Below are positions 37,962-47,824 of a stretch of 64,000 nucleotides of DNA, piece by piece. Position 1 is the first letter of the stretch. The number at the start of each line of letters is the position of its first letter. The notes under the pieces were generated by a model. It was not told the origin of the DNA and did not search any database. It saw nothing but the letters and a program-made list of their open reading frames with translations. The stretch is from a virus. The stretch is taken from the IMG/VR virus record IMGVR_UViG_3300035034_000707, positions 1-64,000 of that record, one strand, 5' to 3'. The position numbers and the translations under genes are program-made.

Positions 37962-37990
37962 TTGACAAACGGTCCTAAAGATTATATACC
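37962..37990 (+). promoter_or_regulatory. conserved promoter TTGACA-N17-TATACC
   Basis: Motif family; ACCACAACC at 37997. Confidence 0.8.
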
Positions 37991-38020
37991 TTCGGGACCA
38001 CAACCGAAAGGAAATCCCAA

Positions 38021-38764
38021 ATGCTTGTGCAGTCTGGCGGCAATAATGTATACGCCGTCCTCGCCAATACTGACGAATTCGAACTGTCGATTACGCCGAC
38101 GCTGACTATCCAATCCACTACCGTAATCCTCGCGCTGCGGTGCCGGTTCAAATCCCTTCAAACAGATTACTTTGACCCCATGATGGTCCCCAAGTCTGTT
38201 CTGGTGTCGGGTATTGAGCGGTCGAAGAATACTCTGCGCGGCACCCTGATGCTGAATACTGGCTTCACCGTGGAAAAGGTTGGCTCCGGCTTCCCAGATA
38301 TCGTTGCCAAGAAGCTGGTCAGCGAGGTCTCGGGCATACTCCTGCCCATTTCGGAAGAGCAAGAGAAGGCGGTGCTCTATATCAATCACCTGAGGGACGA
38401 CTTTGTTACAGACTTTGCGAAGCTGGTTACCTCAGTCATTGCTCCGATATCCCCAGCCAAAAACTTCTCAAAGGTGCCCGCCCTCCTGAGCCTCTTCGAT
38501 ATGAATATCTATATGGCAGCGGCGGCGGAACACGGCCCAGAGGTGCCCTTCAAGGTGGTCCCGGAACCGGAACCGGCAGGCACCGGGGCCTCAGTAAAGA
38601 AACTGGACGTGAGTGGGGATTACGAACCTGACCCAGAGAAAATACCTGTGGATAACTCTGAAAAGCCGGTTGACAAACCCGCTACAGGTACGGAAGGGTC
38701 TAAGGTTCATCTACTCGGACAGGCCCCCGCCCTCACACCGGCGGAACCTGAAACCACCGACTAG
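38021..38764 (+). CDS. hypothetical protein
   Basis: Own promoter, ACCACAACC leader, AAGGA RBS. Confidence 0.8.
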   Translation: MLVQSGGNNVYAVLANTDEFELSITPTLTIQSTTVILALRCRFKSLQTDYFDPMMVPKSVLVSGIERSKNTLRGTLMLNTGFTVEKVGSGFPDIVAKKLVSEVSGILLPISEEQEKAVLYINHLRDDFVTDFAKLVTSVIAPISPAKNFSKVPALLSLFDMNIYMAAAAEHGPEVPFKVVPEPEPAGTGASVKKLDVSGDYEPDPEKIPVDNSEKPVDKPATGTEGSKVHLLGQAPALTPAEPETTD

Positions 38765-38790
38765 CCGGGGCGGTTTTACCACCGCAGTTA

Positions 38791-38820
38791 GCACGCCCCT
38801 TGAACCGGGCGTGCTTTTTT
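38791..38820 (+). terminator. intrinsic terminator directly before the initiator RBS
   Basis: GCACGCCC/GGGCGTGC stem followed by TTTTTT. Confidence 0.8.
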
Positions 38821-38834
38821 ATTGGAGTTACCCC

Positions 38835-39794
38835 ATGATAGACACGCGCGTTCTGACCCATACGCCTACTCAGGCGAACCTACTCAGGTTAATTCTAAAC
38901 CTTCACAAGACCTCAACGATACTCCGGGATGGGAAGCCTTACCTCGCCATTCAGCTAGATAAGATGGCCAGTATGGTGGGTCTAAAGGCCCGTTCATCTG
39001 TAAGTCGGGCATTAAATTGGCTAGAGGCTCAGGGTATAATTCAGATTATACGCGACCGATGGAACCGCTCCCCCCGGCTTTATATCCGCCCGCTTATCAA
39101 GACCCGCGCAACGTCAAACGAACGTCAAACGAACGTCACACGTTGCGCGGACGCAACGTCCTGTCTTAAACCTTCTGAAAAACTTAAAACCTCAAACACG
39201 GCAGCACCCTCCGGGACTGCCGGGATCACGGTGGATACAAGTATCCCTGAAAATTCAGGAAGGTTGCGCGGAAATCTGGCCGGGGCGGCTGACAGGATCA
39301 AAGAAAAGAAAGACACCGCGCGCGCGCACGTCCGGGATCAACAGCCTAAACCCAAGATCGTCGCTCACGCTTGGGTCCGCATCCTCGGGGAATATGGGTA
39401 TCTTGGGTTCGACCCGAATGATGGAAAGCACCTGAAACATATCAGCAAAACGCTATCTCTCTTCGACAGCCCTAACGTAGGGGCCTTTGAAGTCGAACTG
39501 GAACGCCGCATAAGCGCATGGCAGGAACATCGCCCGAAGGCTCTGGGTAAGGCCGCGCCGCATCCTTGGGCAATCAATCGCACCGACCCCCTATTCCAGA
39601 AACTCGCCACCGTTCAAGACGACGAAGACTATACCATCCCCGGTATGGCTCCGCTGATACCAGATGCGATAATTCAGTCACCCCCAGCAGTTGACGAATT
39701 AAAAACGGGTTCCCAGAATGGGCCTGACGTGGTAACCCCGCCAAAGAAGGGTGGCATGATGCACCTCTTCAAAAAAGGCAAGGACGCCAAGTGA
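38835..39794 (+). CDS. putative replication initiator (N-terminal wHTH, lambda O-like layout)
   Basis: MASMVGL..RSSVSRAL.WLE..GII; internal iterons; upstream of loader and helicase. Confidence 0.7.
   Translation: MIDTRVLTHTPTQANLLRLILNLHKTSTILRDGKPYLAIQLDKMASMVGLKARSSVSRALNWLEAQGIIQIIRDRWNRSPRLYIRPLIKTRATSNERQTNVTRCADATSCLKPSEKLKTSNTAAPSGTAGITVDTSIPENSGRLRGNLAGAADRIKEKKDTARAHVRDQQPKPKIVAHAWVRILGEYGYLGFDPNDGKHLKHISKTLSLFDSPNVGAFEVELERRISAWQEHRPKALGKAAPHPWAINRTDPLFQKLATVQDDEDYTIPGMAPLIPDAIIQSPPAVDELKTGSQNGPDVVTPPKKGGMMHLFKKGKDAK
39104..39199. repeat. iteron array plus AT-rich tract (putative origin)
   Basis: AACGTCA(A/C)ACG x3 (39110-39142) inside an 11-bp inverted repeat, then an A-rich stretch. 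Confidence 0.7.
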
Positions 39795-39800
39795 GGCACC

Positions 39801-40391
39801 ATGAACACAGAAGCACACAGCCTTGCTCCCCCGGGGGCCTATAACGCCTTTGCCCCCGGCAAGCTGCGGCAGGGTATCCACGACACATTGATCAAAGAAA
39901 TAGATCGTATCGCGCACGATGCCGGGATCACTCCGGGCGACGTAACCGGGGCCACCTATCACATGACCGATACTGAACTGGATTATCTCAAGGGCTTTCG
40001 TCGCACGGAAGAGACGGGAAAACTCGGGATCATCTACGTTGGACAGCACGACCCTGCGGTAGCCCTCCGATGCCGAACGGTATGCGGCGCGCTCCTGCGT
40101 AACTTCATCACGGCGCGGCTTATCGTCCGTGAAGAACTCGTGTCCGAATTGTTCGACAACCGGCGTCAGCCTAATGCAGACCTCGTGGCCGTCCCAGACT
40201 TCGCATACAGGGATGCTCCCCCGGCCACGCGCCGGGCGCTATCCTCGTGGCTGATGGGCCGTATCTCACGGGGCAGGCAGACGGTGCTCGGGCTTCCCGA
40301 CAAGACAGCGATCAGTGATATCTTTGGGGCGGAAGCGCCCCTTTACACGAAACACTTCGCCGTCAAACACGGTGCGCAATCCCCAAAGTAG
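39801..40391 (+). CDS. DnaC/IstB-like helicase loader (degenerate P-loop)
   Basis: Position; AGI, G.IY.G, DLVAV.D, R...G..T pattern. Confidence 0.55.
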   Translation: MNTEAHSLAPPGAYNAFAPGKLRQGIHDTLIKEIDRIAHDAGITPGDVTGATYHMTDTELDYLKGFRRTEETGKLGIIYVGQHDPAVALRCRTVCGALLRNFITARLIVREELVSELFDNRRQPNADLVAVPDFAYRDAPPATRRALSSWLMGRISRGRQTVLGLPDKTAISDIFGAEAPLYTKHFAVKHGAQSPK

Positions 40392-40406
40392 GGGAAAGGA
40401 AATCAC

Positions 40407-41696
40407 ATGGCCTCTATGAACGCCAGTACGGCGGGCCTTCGCGTCCTGCGGGGCATACTCGATCTGCCAACTAAACATGCCGGGGCTGAACTCATGCGGG
40501 TTCAGCCCTACCTCACCTATGACGAAGACCAGAAGGTGTTCGACTTCGTGCGGTCTCACTTCGCCAGCACTGGAAAGATGCCGCACCCCGATACTATTCT
40601 GGACAAGGTATCAGTGTTCCTACCTCCGGCTCAGGAGACTTTCGATTTTGAAGTTGGTCAGCTAAAGAACCGCTTCATAGAAGACTCAATGCGCGCCGCC
40701 TCGGACAAGGCTTCCTCTCTCCTACTGGAAGGCAATGCGAAGGCGGCGCTGGCGTCCCTCATAAGCGACCTCCTACCGGTCACACAGGGGCAAGGGGGCT
40801 ATTCCCTTACCGACCTACGCCATACGCAGGTCGTGGCCCTCTATGAGCAGGCTCTGGCAGGGCTGGGGCCTCCCATCGAAGAGTTGGGATACCCTAGCCT
40901 TGACGCGCAGGGCGGGATCGAAAACGGGGACATGATGGCGATTGTCGGAAGACCGGCTTCTGGCAAGACATGGCTTATGCTGAAAACGGCGCTCAACCAT
41001 TGGTCCAAGCAGGCAGAACCCCATATGTTCGTTACTCAGGAAATGAGCGCGGAACAGATCGAACGCCGGGCCTTACCCATGATAGCCGGTGTCAACCCCA
41101 CCCCACTCTACAAGGGGTCAGCCCATACCTACGAAGTTGGGGGCCTGACGCATGAAGCCTATTTGTCAAAGCTGGAAGAGGCCCGGGTAATGTTGAACCA
41201 TGCTCAGTCCCCTTTCCTTATCTACGATAGCAAGATGGCCGGGACCGTGGCGGACATAGAAACCATCGCGGCGATGCACGGGGTAAAACGTATCTGGATA
41301 GACGGGGCTTATATGCTCCGACACCCTGACCCGCGCCTAGGCAGGTACGCCCGCGTCCCTGAAAACCTAGACTTGATGAAACAATGGTGTCAGCGGACGG
41401 GGTGCGCTACCATATCCTCATGGCAGTTTAAGCGCGGGGCCGGGAAGGACGAACAAGGGGGCACACCTGATCTGGATGATATCGGCTACTCTCACGCTAT
41501 CGGGGAATATATGACGCTCATCCTCGGCCTGCTGGAAAATCCGAAGTCCGTGGCGCAGATGAACAAGAAACACATTACGATTATGAAAGGCCGCAACGGG
41601 GAAGTTGGGGGGTTCGACATAAACTGGTTGTTCTCCGATATGAACTTCGATGAAATTACCCCGCAGGAAATGACATCAGACCTGACCTACCTATGA
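40407..41696 (+). CDS. DnaB-like replicative helicase
   Basis: GRPASGKT, EM, IDG.Y, Q..R, KGRNG. Confidence 0.9.
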   Translation: MASMNASTAGLRVLRGILDLPTKHAGAELMRVQPYLTYDEDQKVFDFVRSHFASTGKMPHPDTILDKVSVFLPPAQETFDFEVGQLKNRFIEDSMRAASDKASSLLLEGNAKAALASLISDLLPVTQGQGGYSLTDLRHTQVVALYEQALAGLGPPIEELGYPSLDAQGGIENGDMMAIVGRPASGKTWLMLKTALNHWSKQAEPHMFVTQEMSAEQIERRALPMIAGVNPTPLYKGSAHTYEVGGLTHEAYLSKLEEARVMLNHAQSPFLIYDSKMAGTVADIETIAAMHGVKRIWIDGAYMLRHPDPRLGRYARVPENLDLMKQWCQRTGCATISSWQFKRGAGKDEQGGTPDLDDIGYSHAIGEYMTLILGLLENPKSVAQMNKKHITIMKGRNGEVGGFDINWLFSDMNFDEITPQEMTSDLTYL

Positions 41697-41705
41697 TCAA
41701 ACTGG

Positions 41706-41734
41706 TTGACTAACGCTACAAGGGGGCTTAGTAT
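41706..41734 (+). promoter_or_regulatory. conserved promoter TTGACT-N17-TAGTAT
   Basis: Motif family. Confidence 0.8.
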
Positions 41735-41770
41735 GGCCTCATAACCACCACACTCGAAAAGGATCACCAA

Positions 41771-42259
41771 ATGCCTAAGATTGGAAATATCACGCTGCCT
41801 ACCGTGACGTTGAGCGGACAGGACCCGGCAGACGTTGCCGCACTTCTCAAGGATAAGAACATGCCCTTGGAGGCGATGGTAGAAGTTGCCATCTATTGCA
41901 AGCGCGAACGCGAAAAGGCAGAGGCCCTAGCGCCTATCGAAGACCTGATGCGCGCCCGCCTCAAGAAAGCCTATGCTGCCATGCCGCCGGAAAAGCGGGT
42001 AACCACGCGCACCGAAGTTGGGATGCTGACCTACACGGCGGAAGCTGAAACGATCACGCTCAAGGACCGGGACAAGACGGTCGAAATGCTGACTGATGAA
42101 CAAATTCGGATTACATACAAGCCTGATCTAAAGGCGCTCAAAACGATTATGAAACCGGCAGAATTCAATCGGCACGTCACGCGCGGCAAAAGTGATCCTA
42201 AGATCACCTTACGGGATAACCGGGCCAGTGATGAATACTCCGAACTGGACGACTTCTAA
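41771..42259 (+). CDS. hypothetical protein (Gam-like, tentative)
   Basis: Own promoter; helical N-half; KPD.KALK motif. Confidence 0.7.
   Translation: MPKIGNITLPTVTLSGQDPADVAALLKDKNMPLEAMVEVAIYCKREREKAEALAPIEDLMRARLKKAYAAMPPEKRVTTRTEVGMLTYTAEAETITLKDRDKTVEMLTDEQIRITYKPDLKALKTIMKPAEFNRHVTRGKSDPKITLRDNRASDEYSELDDF
42192..42207. repeat. 16-bp site GTGATCCTAAGATCAC
   Basis: Intragenic, just before the primase gene. Confidence 0.8.
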
Positions 42260-42262
42260 ACG

Positions 42263-43231
42263 ATGGAAACAGACATCGGAAATGAAGAGGCTATTCGTGC
42301 AGTCCTTGAACAAATGGGCGTCACGATAGGCGATACGAAGCGGGGGTGGGTCCATTCATCCTGCCCCCTAGCGGCCTATAACCACACAGGCGGCGTTGAT
42401 AACAACCCCTCCTTCGGCGTCGTTTACAACTCAGCAGAGGCTCATAAGGAGGAAGGCCACGCTCACTGTTTCTCATGTGGCTATTCTGGTGACGTGCGGG
42501 AAATCGCTTCTTTGCTCTATGCCTACAAGGACCTAACCGTCGCAGACCTCGGGGCTGTTATGACAACGATGGAAACGGTCAAGACGGGCAACCTTCCGCT
42601 ATCCCTATCGACCCACAACCTTGACGACCCGTTCCCGGACGAAGACTGGCTAATCAGCTTTCCTCCGGTAGACCCCTCGCACACACGCGCCTGCGAGTAC
42701 CTGAACGCCCGGGGGATCAGCCCCCGCGTTGCCATGCACTTCGATGTTCGGTTTGACCCCCAGAGATACCGCGTCTGCTTTCCCCTACGCGACCGCGCGC
42801 AGCGGTTTCGAGGCCTTATTGGACGCACCCTAATCCCGAACCCAGAGGGGCCACGCTATTTCTACTACCCCTATAAGGGCAATGCCCCTCGGGGATTTAC
42901 TTGGTGGAACGAAAACGAACTGGACCTTTCAAAACCTATCGTCGTGGTCGAAGGCATCTTTGATGCGCTCAAGGTATGGCAGACCTACAGGAACGTCACG
43001 GCGGCGCTGTCTATCGGGTTCCGGCACCCCGGCCTCGGATGGAATACAGGGGTGTCTCGCTGGATTAGCATGTTCGATGTAGGGCAGGGAGGGCAGCTTG
43101 CTCGGGGCCGTTTGGATAAACTCGCCAGCAAAGGCTCACGAGTATGGCACCTGCCCCCGCCTCCGGGCCGGGATGATCCGGGTGAAGCCACTCCAGCAGA
43201 GATTAAGGCGCAGCTAGAGACCCTGAAATAA
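42263..43231 (+). CDS. DNA primase (Zn finger + TOPRIM)
   Basis: CP..H..D.NPSF..HCFSCG, GR, VEGIFD, DPG. Confidence 0.9.
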   Translation: METDIGNEEAIRAVLEQMGVTIGDTKRGWVHSSCPLAAYNHTGGVDNNPSFGVVYNSAEAHKEEGHAHCFSCGYSGDVREIASLLYAYKDLTVADLGAVMTTMETVKTGNLPLSLSTHNLDDPFPDEDWLISFPPVDPSHTRACEYLNARGISPRVAMHFDVRFDPQRYRVCFPLRDRAQRFRGLIGRTLIPNPEGPRYFYYPYKGNAPRGFTWWNENELDLSKPIVVVEGIFDALKVWQTYRNVTAALSIGFRHPGLGWNTGVSRWISMFDVGQGGQLARGRLDKLASKGSRVWHLPPPPGRDDPGEATPAEIKAQLETLK

Positions 43232-43235
43232 AGGG

Positions 43236-43264
43236 TAGGCAAACGCTTCGGAAGAGACTAGACT
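43236..43264 (+). promoter_or_regulatory. variant promoter TAGGCA(AACG)-N17-TAGACT before the SSB gene
   Basis: Keeps the GGG..AACG context. Confidence 0.5.
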
Positions 43265-43317
43265 GACTAAGCCGCCTATGGCGCGCACTACTTTACACCC
43301 CCGAAAGGAACAGCCAG

Positions 43318-44337
43318 ATGGCTATCAAAATTCACGGCTCTAAACCAGCTACGGCTACCAAGCAGGCTCCGGCCTCTGACACTCAGACAGACCTAGGGAC
43401 CATAGGCGGCACGACGACCGCCACGCCCTCAGAGACGCCTCAGGAAAGCACTAATGCTACCCCCTCGGCGGATACCTCCCCAACAACACAAAGCGCCCCA
43501 GCGACCAATATAGAGGCCCCCGGCACTCAAACGGGCGCAGCCTTCCTTATGACGGGGACACAACAGAGAACCCAAGTTGATCAGGTCAAAGCGGTTCAGG
43601 ACCTTCGCTCCAAACTCAGGGGAGGCGCGCGGGAATTCTGGTTGAACCCCGGGGAATTCGCCAAACTGTATTTTCTTGATGGTAAGCTGCTTTCGGATAA
43701 CGTCTTTGACACGCCGATGATCAGCGTACACTTCCTGCAAATCGGCGGAAACTGGGCCAAGTTTGTGTGCAACCGACACACCGAGGGAAACTGCGTAGTT
43801 TGCGATAGCAACGCGGATGGGACCCAGCCTATGACGTTTCAGCTTTTCACCGTGATCAACGCGATGCCCTACACCATTCAGGGTGGACCGAACAAAGGCA
43901 AGGTGTTGCCCGCGCGGCTCCAACTATTCCCTGCCACACTCAAGGTTCGGGAAAAGTTGATGAAGCGCGCCCAGAACCATGACAACAAGCTGGCGGGGTC
44001 CTTCTATCAATTCAGTCGTGAGTCCAAACAAGCGGCCCGCACTGGCGACGATATAGAATACATGCAGGATGTTCCCATGCAGGGTGTGTTGAACAAGTAT
44101 CCAATGCTTGGGACGCAGTACAGCGCCACGAAGAAAGCATGGGAAGACGCGCCCACAACAGTCTACGACTATGCCAAAGTCTACCCGATCCTGACCAACG
44201 CGGAAATTGCCAGCCTCCGGCCCGATATTGCCAGCATGGCGGGCTTTACCGCCTATCAACCCCTTGATAACAACTCTACGGTATCGGGCTTTGGCAACGA
44301 TCCTACTAAGGACATGGACTCAGAAATTCCATTTTGA
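43318..44337 (+). CDS. single-stranded DNA-binding protein (gp32-like, Zn-binding)
   Basis: H..C..CxxC; acidic tail ending DSEIPF. Confidence 0.7.
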   Translation: MAIKIHGSKPATATKQAPASDTQTDLGTIGGTTTATPSETPQESTNATPSADTSPTTQSAPATNIEAPGTQTGAAFLMTGTQQRTQVDQVKAVQDLRSKLRGGAREFWLNPGEFAKLYFLDGKLLSDNVFDTPMISVHFLQIGGNWAKFVCNRHTEGNCVVCDSNADGTQPMTFQLFTVINAMPYTIQGGPNKGKVLPARLQLFPATLKVREKLMKRAQNHDNKLAGSFYQFSRESKQAARTGDDIEYMQDVPMQGVLNKYPMLGTQYSATKKAWEDAPTTVYDYAKVYPILTNAEIASLRPDIASMAGFTAYQPLDNNSTVSGFGNDPTKDMDSEIPF

Positions 44338-44378
44338 GAATTATTGGCAGGTAGGAATACCCCCTTAACCGGGGGTTA

Positions 44379-44424
44379 GAGGCGCGGTTCCGCATGGAAG
44401 CTGAGGGGACCGCGCTTCACTTTT
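44379..44424 (+). terminator. long hairpin/terminator after the SSB gene
   Basis: 13-bp stem GAGGCGCGGTTCC/GGGACCGCGCTTC followed by ACTTTT. Confidence 0.6.
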
Positions 44425-44436
44425 AAGGATCACCAC

Positions 44437-45795
44437 ATGAGCACAGTCCCCTCCGACTTCCCCAAGATGCTCGCACCGCCGGAAGAGGTAGACGCCCTCG
44501 CTTGGTATGACGAACATGATCACGCCTATGAACTGTCCAAGATGCAGTATCAGGCGCGGGATGAAGTGGTCCCCCTCCGGCGCTACCACCCGAACAAACA
44601 CCACTTGGTAGGGGTCCCCCGGACACTGGCCCCCTCGGGCGTCACAGCGAACGATAACCGGGCCGTGGGGGCCTTTGACTTCGATGCCTCGTTTCAGTCA
44701 GACCTCCGGGAAGAACAAGTCCCCTTCGTGGAACAGGTGTTTCACACGCTGGAAACCGAACAGGGCTGTATAGGGGAAGCCCCTACCGGCTTCGGTAAGA
44801 CGACTACCGGGTGCGCCCTGACGTGCCGCATAGGACGCCCCGTATGTATCGTGGTTCCCAAGGGCGATCTGGATTGGGACAAGGAAATGCTCCACCACAC
44901 CAGCATCCCGAAAGAAAAGATCGACTTCTGGTCAGGGCAACACCTACCGGACCCGGGCGCTTGGGTCGTGATAGCCTCGCTGCAATCAGTCTACCGCGAC
45001 GGCATCTACCCGCAGGCAGTCTATAACCGCTTCGCCTGCCTGATAGTCGATGAAGTCCACAGAATAGCTTCCGCTGAATTCAGCGCGGTCATGCGGAAAT
45101 TCCCGGCGATGTTTCGCCTCGGGCTATCGGCCACCCCGGAACGCCGCGACGGCAAGATGGACCTTATCCACGCACACATGGGATGGCGTCACATCATCGG
45201 CCAGTCAGACGCGGAACAGCCCAACTATTATGTGATCAATTCAACGTGGATAGAACCGCTCGATGGTAAGGGCAAGATGATCCAGTATGACCCGTCCCGG
45301 ACCAATCAGGCGAAGCGCAGCATGATGGCTGATCCGATCAGGAATTCACAAATCGCCGGTGCCGTCTACCGCGCCCACAAAGGCGGACGCCGCACCATAG
45401 TCTTCGTGGAACAGACGAAGCACGGGGAAAAGATCAAGGCCGCGCTCCGGTCGATGAACGTCCCGGCCAGTAGCATTGTGGAATACAATGGGGGGATAAA
45501 CGCGGCGGACAAGAAACGCGCCAAGGACTGCTTGGCAGGTATTGTTCTGATCGCCACCTATAAGTATACGGCGGAAGGGACGAACATACCCCCACTTGAT
45601 ACCGCCGTCTTCGCTCACCCGATATATGATCCACGACAGGCGGCAGGCCGTATCCTGAGAAAACTACCCGGGAAGCCCACCCCCATTGTGATTGACATAT
45701 GGGATCGAAACTCTCAATCCCTGTCTCGGATAGCAAAAGCCCGCTGGGAATACCTGAGAAAACAGGGGGCCACTTGGAAGGGTCTTTTCGGTTGA
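44437..45795 (+). CDS. SF2 DExH helicase
   Basis: APTGFGKT, DEVH, SAT, EG.N.P.LD, QAAGRILR. Confidence 0.92.
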   Translation: MSTVPSDFPKMLAPPEEVDALAWYDEHDHAYELSKMQYQARDEVVPLRRYHPNKHHLVGVPRTLAPSGVTANDNRAVGAFDFDASFQSDLREEQVPFVEQVFHTLETEQGCIGEAPTGFGKTTTGCALTCRIGRPVCIVVPKGDLDWDKEMLHHTSIPKEKIDFWSGQHLPDPGAWVVIASLQSVYRDGIYPQAVYNRFACLIVDEVHRIASAEFSAVMRKFPAMFRLGLSATPERRDGKMDLIHAHMGWRHIIGQSDAEQPNYYVINSTWIEPLDGKGKMIQYDPSRTNQAKRSMMADPIRNSQIAGAVYRAHKGGRRTIVFVEQTKHGEKIKAALRSMNVPASSIVEYNGGINAADKKRAKDCLAGIVLIATYKYTAEGTNIPPLDTAVFAHPIYDPRQAAGRILRKLPGKPTPIVIDIWDRNSQSLSRIAKARWEYLRKQGATWKGLFG

Positions 45796-45820
45796 CTAAC
45801 GTAGCAGGGGGGTTTATCCT
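45792..45820 (+). promoter_or_regulatory. conserved promoter TTGACT-N17-TATCCT
   Basis: Motif family. Confidence 0.8.
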
Positions 45821-45849
45821 CAGTGAGCCTAGACCGGAAAGGTATGGAT

Positions 45850-46314
45850 ATGGGTTATACCCCCGAATGGTGGCAGCGCGAAGGCAAGAAGGTCGCTGCA
45901 AAACGCCGCAAGAAGTACGCCAATGACAAAGACTACCGTGAAGCCGCCAAGGCCCGGTCACGGGAATACCGTGAGCAGAAGAAACTCGAACGCGAGGCCT
46001 TCTATGCCAGTCCTTATCTGGAATTGAATGGGGAGAAGGTAGCCGCGCTGACGGTAGACACCCTTTGCTCCGACCTTGGTATTGACAAGTCCCGTCTCAA
46101 ATACATGCAGAAGGCTGGGTATATCCCTACTGCTATCGTTAGCCGCCCGGTGCGCCTCTACACCGAGGCCCAGCGTGATAGGCTCCGGGAACTCGAAGCC
46201 TTCCTGCAAAAGAATTCGGCACACCTGCGGGTTCCGAATAGCGAAGCTGGCGTTATGGCGACTGCCAACTTAGAAACGCTTATTGCCACCATCAAAGCAA
46301 ACTGGAAAAACTGA
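45850..46314 (+). CDS. putative DNA-binding protein (MerR-like HTH)
   Basis: Basic N-terminal helix; LC..LGI....LKY....GYIP..RLYT. Confidence 0.6.
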   Translation: MGYTPEWWQREGKKVAAKRRKKYANDKDYREAAKARSREYREQKKLEREAFYASPYLELNGEKVAALTVDTLCSDLGIDKSRLKYMQKAGYIPTAIVSRPVRLYTEAQRDRLRELEAFLQKNSAHLRVPNSEAGVMATANLETLIATIKANWKN

Positions 46315-46315
46315 A

Positions 46316-46696
46316 ATGGCTATTAAAATTCACGAAAAGGCTCCGGCCCCTGAGCAAGCCCCAGATCAAGCCTCTGCACACGACGAAGCGGCTGCGGAAA
46401 TTCAAACGGAAATCGGGAAGACCATGACCGAAGCTGGGACAGAGAAGGAACCGCTCAGTCAGACCATCCAGACAGAAAGCATACCGGTGAACCTCGCCTT
46501 CCCATTCGAGCGCATCGAAGTTGGCATGTCCTTCAAGATGCCGGTGGCCTCCTATACGATGCTGGAATTCTCGGTGCGCCGCTCTGTCCCGTTTAACCCG
46601 GTTGAGACCAACGCCGATACAGTCTTCGACAGCACCCACAAATGGGTCGAAGAGAAGCTGAACCAGCTTATTGAAGAACAACAAAACGAAACATAA
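46316..46696 (+). CDS. hypothetical protein
   Basis: ATG 46316, starts MAIKIH. Confidence 0.7.
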   Translation: MAIKIHEKAPAPEQAPDQASAHDEAAAEIQTEIGKTMTEAGTEKEPLSQTIQTESIPVNLAFPFERIEVGMSFKMPVASYTMLEFSVRRSVPFNPVETNADTVFDSTHKWVEEKLNQLIEEQQNET

Positions 46697-46698
46697 AG

Positions 46699-46714
46699 GT
46701 GATCTTACGTGCAC
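46699..46714. repeat. 16-bp site GTGATCTTACGTGCAC
   Basis: Overlaps the recA GTG start. Confidence 0.8.
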
Positions 46715-47824
46715 AAGCTAACTGATGCAGTGTCCACGATCACCAAAGCATACGGCAAGACCGCAGGGGGACTGGGCTTCCGGTTCCCCTCCTTCGCCAG
46801 ACTGCCCACAGGTATCTTGACGCTTGACCTAGCACTTGCTGGGGGAATACCGATGGGGGCCGTGTCCCTCATTTATGGAAATGAAAGTAGTGGGAAGACC
46901 TCCCTTGCGCTCCGCCTAGCCGCGCAGTTTCAGAAGAGGCACGGGAAGGGTAAGAACGCTCGGAAGGTTGTCTGGCTGGACGTGGAAAACGCATGGGATG
47001 AGGAGTGGGTACGACTTCACGGGGTTGACCCGGATCAAGTCTACCTGTTTCGACCAACCACGGCGGAAGAGGCGGCGGACGTAGCCGACGAAGTGGCGAT
47101 GGCACAGGACGCGGGCCTGATCATCGTGGACTCCATTGCGGCCATGTCCTCTATCGACCAGCTAGAGAAGTCCGCAGAGAAGGTTGTGGTGGCCGGTGCG
47201 GCGAAGCCATCGACTACCCTACTGCGCAAGATAGGCGCGGGCATTACCGAACACGCAAAGGCTGGTCAGACCCTAACCGTCATTTATATCAATCAGCCTC
47301 GTATGAAAATCGGGTTTCATATGGGTAACCCGGAATTCCTGCCCGGCCCCGTTATGCAGAACTTTCAAGCGTTTTTGAAACTACGCCTGACGGGCAAGGC
47401 TATCCTCAAGGAAAAGATATCCCCCATCCCGATCTACTCAGACAACACGGCTAAGATCGTCAAAAAGAAATTCCCATGTATCAGGCAGTCCTGTGAATGG
47501 CAGACGATGCTTTACCCGTGGGAACATGCCGGGAAGAAACACTGGCCGCTGGAAGTCAACAACCGGACACATGCCGAAGCCCTCTTGGAAGACCTCGACT
47601 ACCTCAGCAAGAGCGCGACCGTGAAAGGGAAGTGGGACCTGTTCGACATCGAACACCCAGACGCCGGGGAACTGCTGCAATTCCCGACGAAGACGGCGGC
47701 GGTAGACTGGGCCGTGGAACGGTATGATGCTCTCACTAAATTCCTGATTGACGACCTCCTTCTGCTCTACAAAGACGATATCAAGAAGCAGCTAGAGGAA
47801 GCCGAGAAAGCAGGCCACAAGTGA
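46709..47824 (+). CDS. recA: RecA-family recombinase
   Basis: TG...LDLAL.GGIP, YGNESSGKT, D.E, IIVDSIAA, INQ.R.KIG. Confidence 0.9.
   Translation: MHKLTDAVSTITKAYGKTAGGLGFRFPSFARLPTGILTLDLALAGGIPMGAVSLIYGNESSGKTSLALRLAAQFQKRHGKGKNARKVVWLDVENAWDEEWVRLHGVDPDQVYLFRPTTAEEAADVADEVAMAQDAGLIIVDSIAAMSSIDQLEKSAEKVVVAGAAKPSTTLLRKIGAGITEHAKAGQTLTVIYINQPRMKIGFHMGNPEFLPGPVMQNFQAFLKLRLTGKAILKEKISPIPIYSDNTAKIVKKKFPCIRQSCEWQTMLYPWEHAGKKHWPLEVNNRTHAEALLEDLDYLSKSATVKGKWDLFDIEHPDAGELLQFPTKTAAVDWAVERYDALTKFLIDDLLLLYKDDIKKQLEEAEKAGHK

Noticed and set aside
38647-38655. Perfect DnaA box TGTGGATAA upstream of the initiator
   Set aside because: Single intragenic 9-mer that could occur by chance; no cluster seen.
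38670-38698. GGTTGACAAAC inside ORF 38021 as another promoter
   Set aside because: No -10 element at 17-nt spacing (GAAGGG).
44340-44430. Possible tRNA in the structured intergenic region
   Set aside because: No cloverleaf, T-loop consensus or CCA end.
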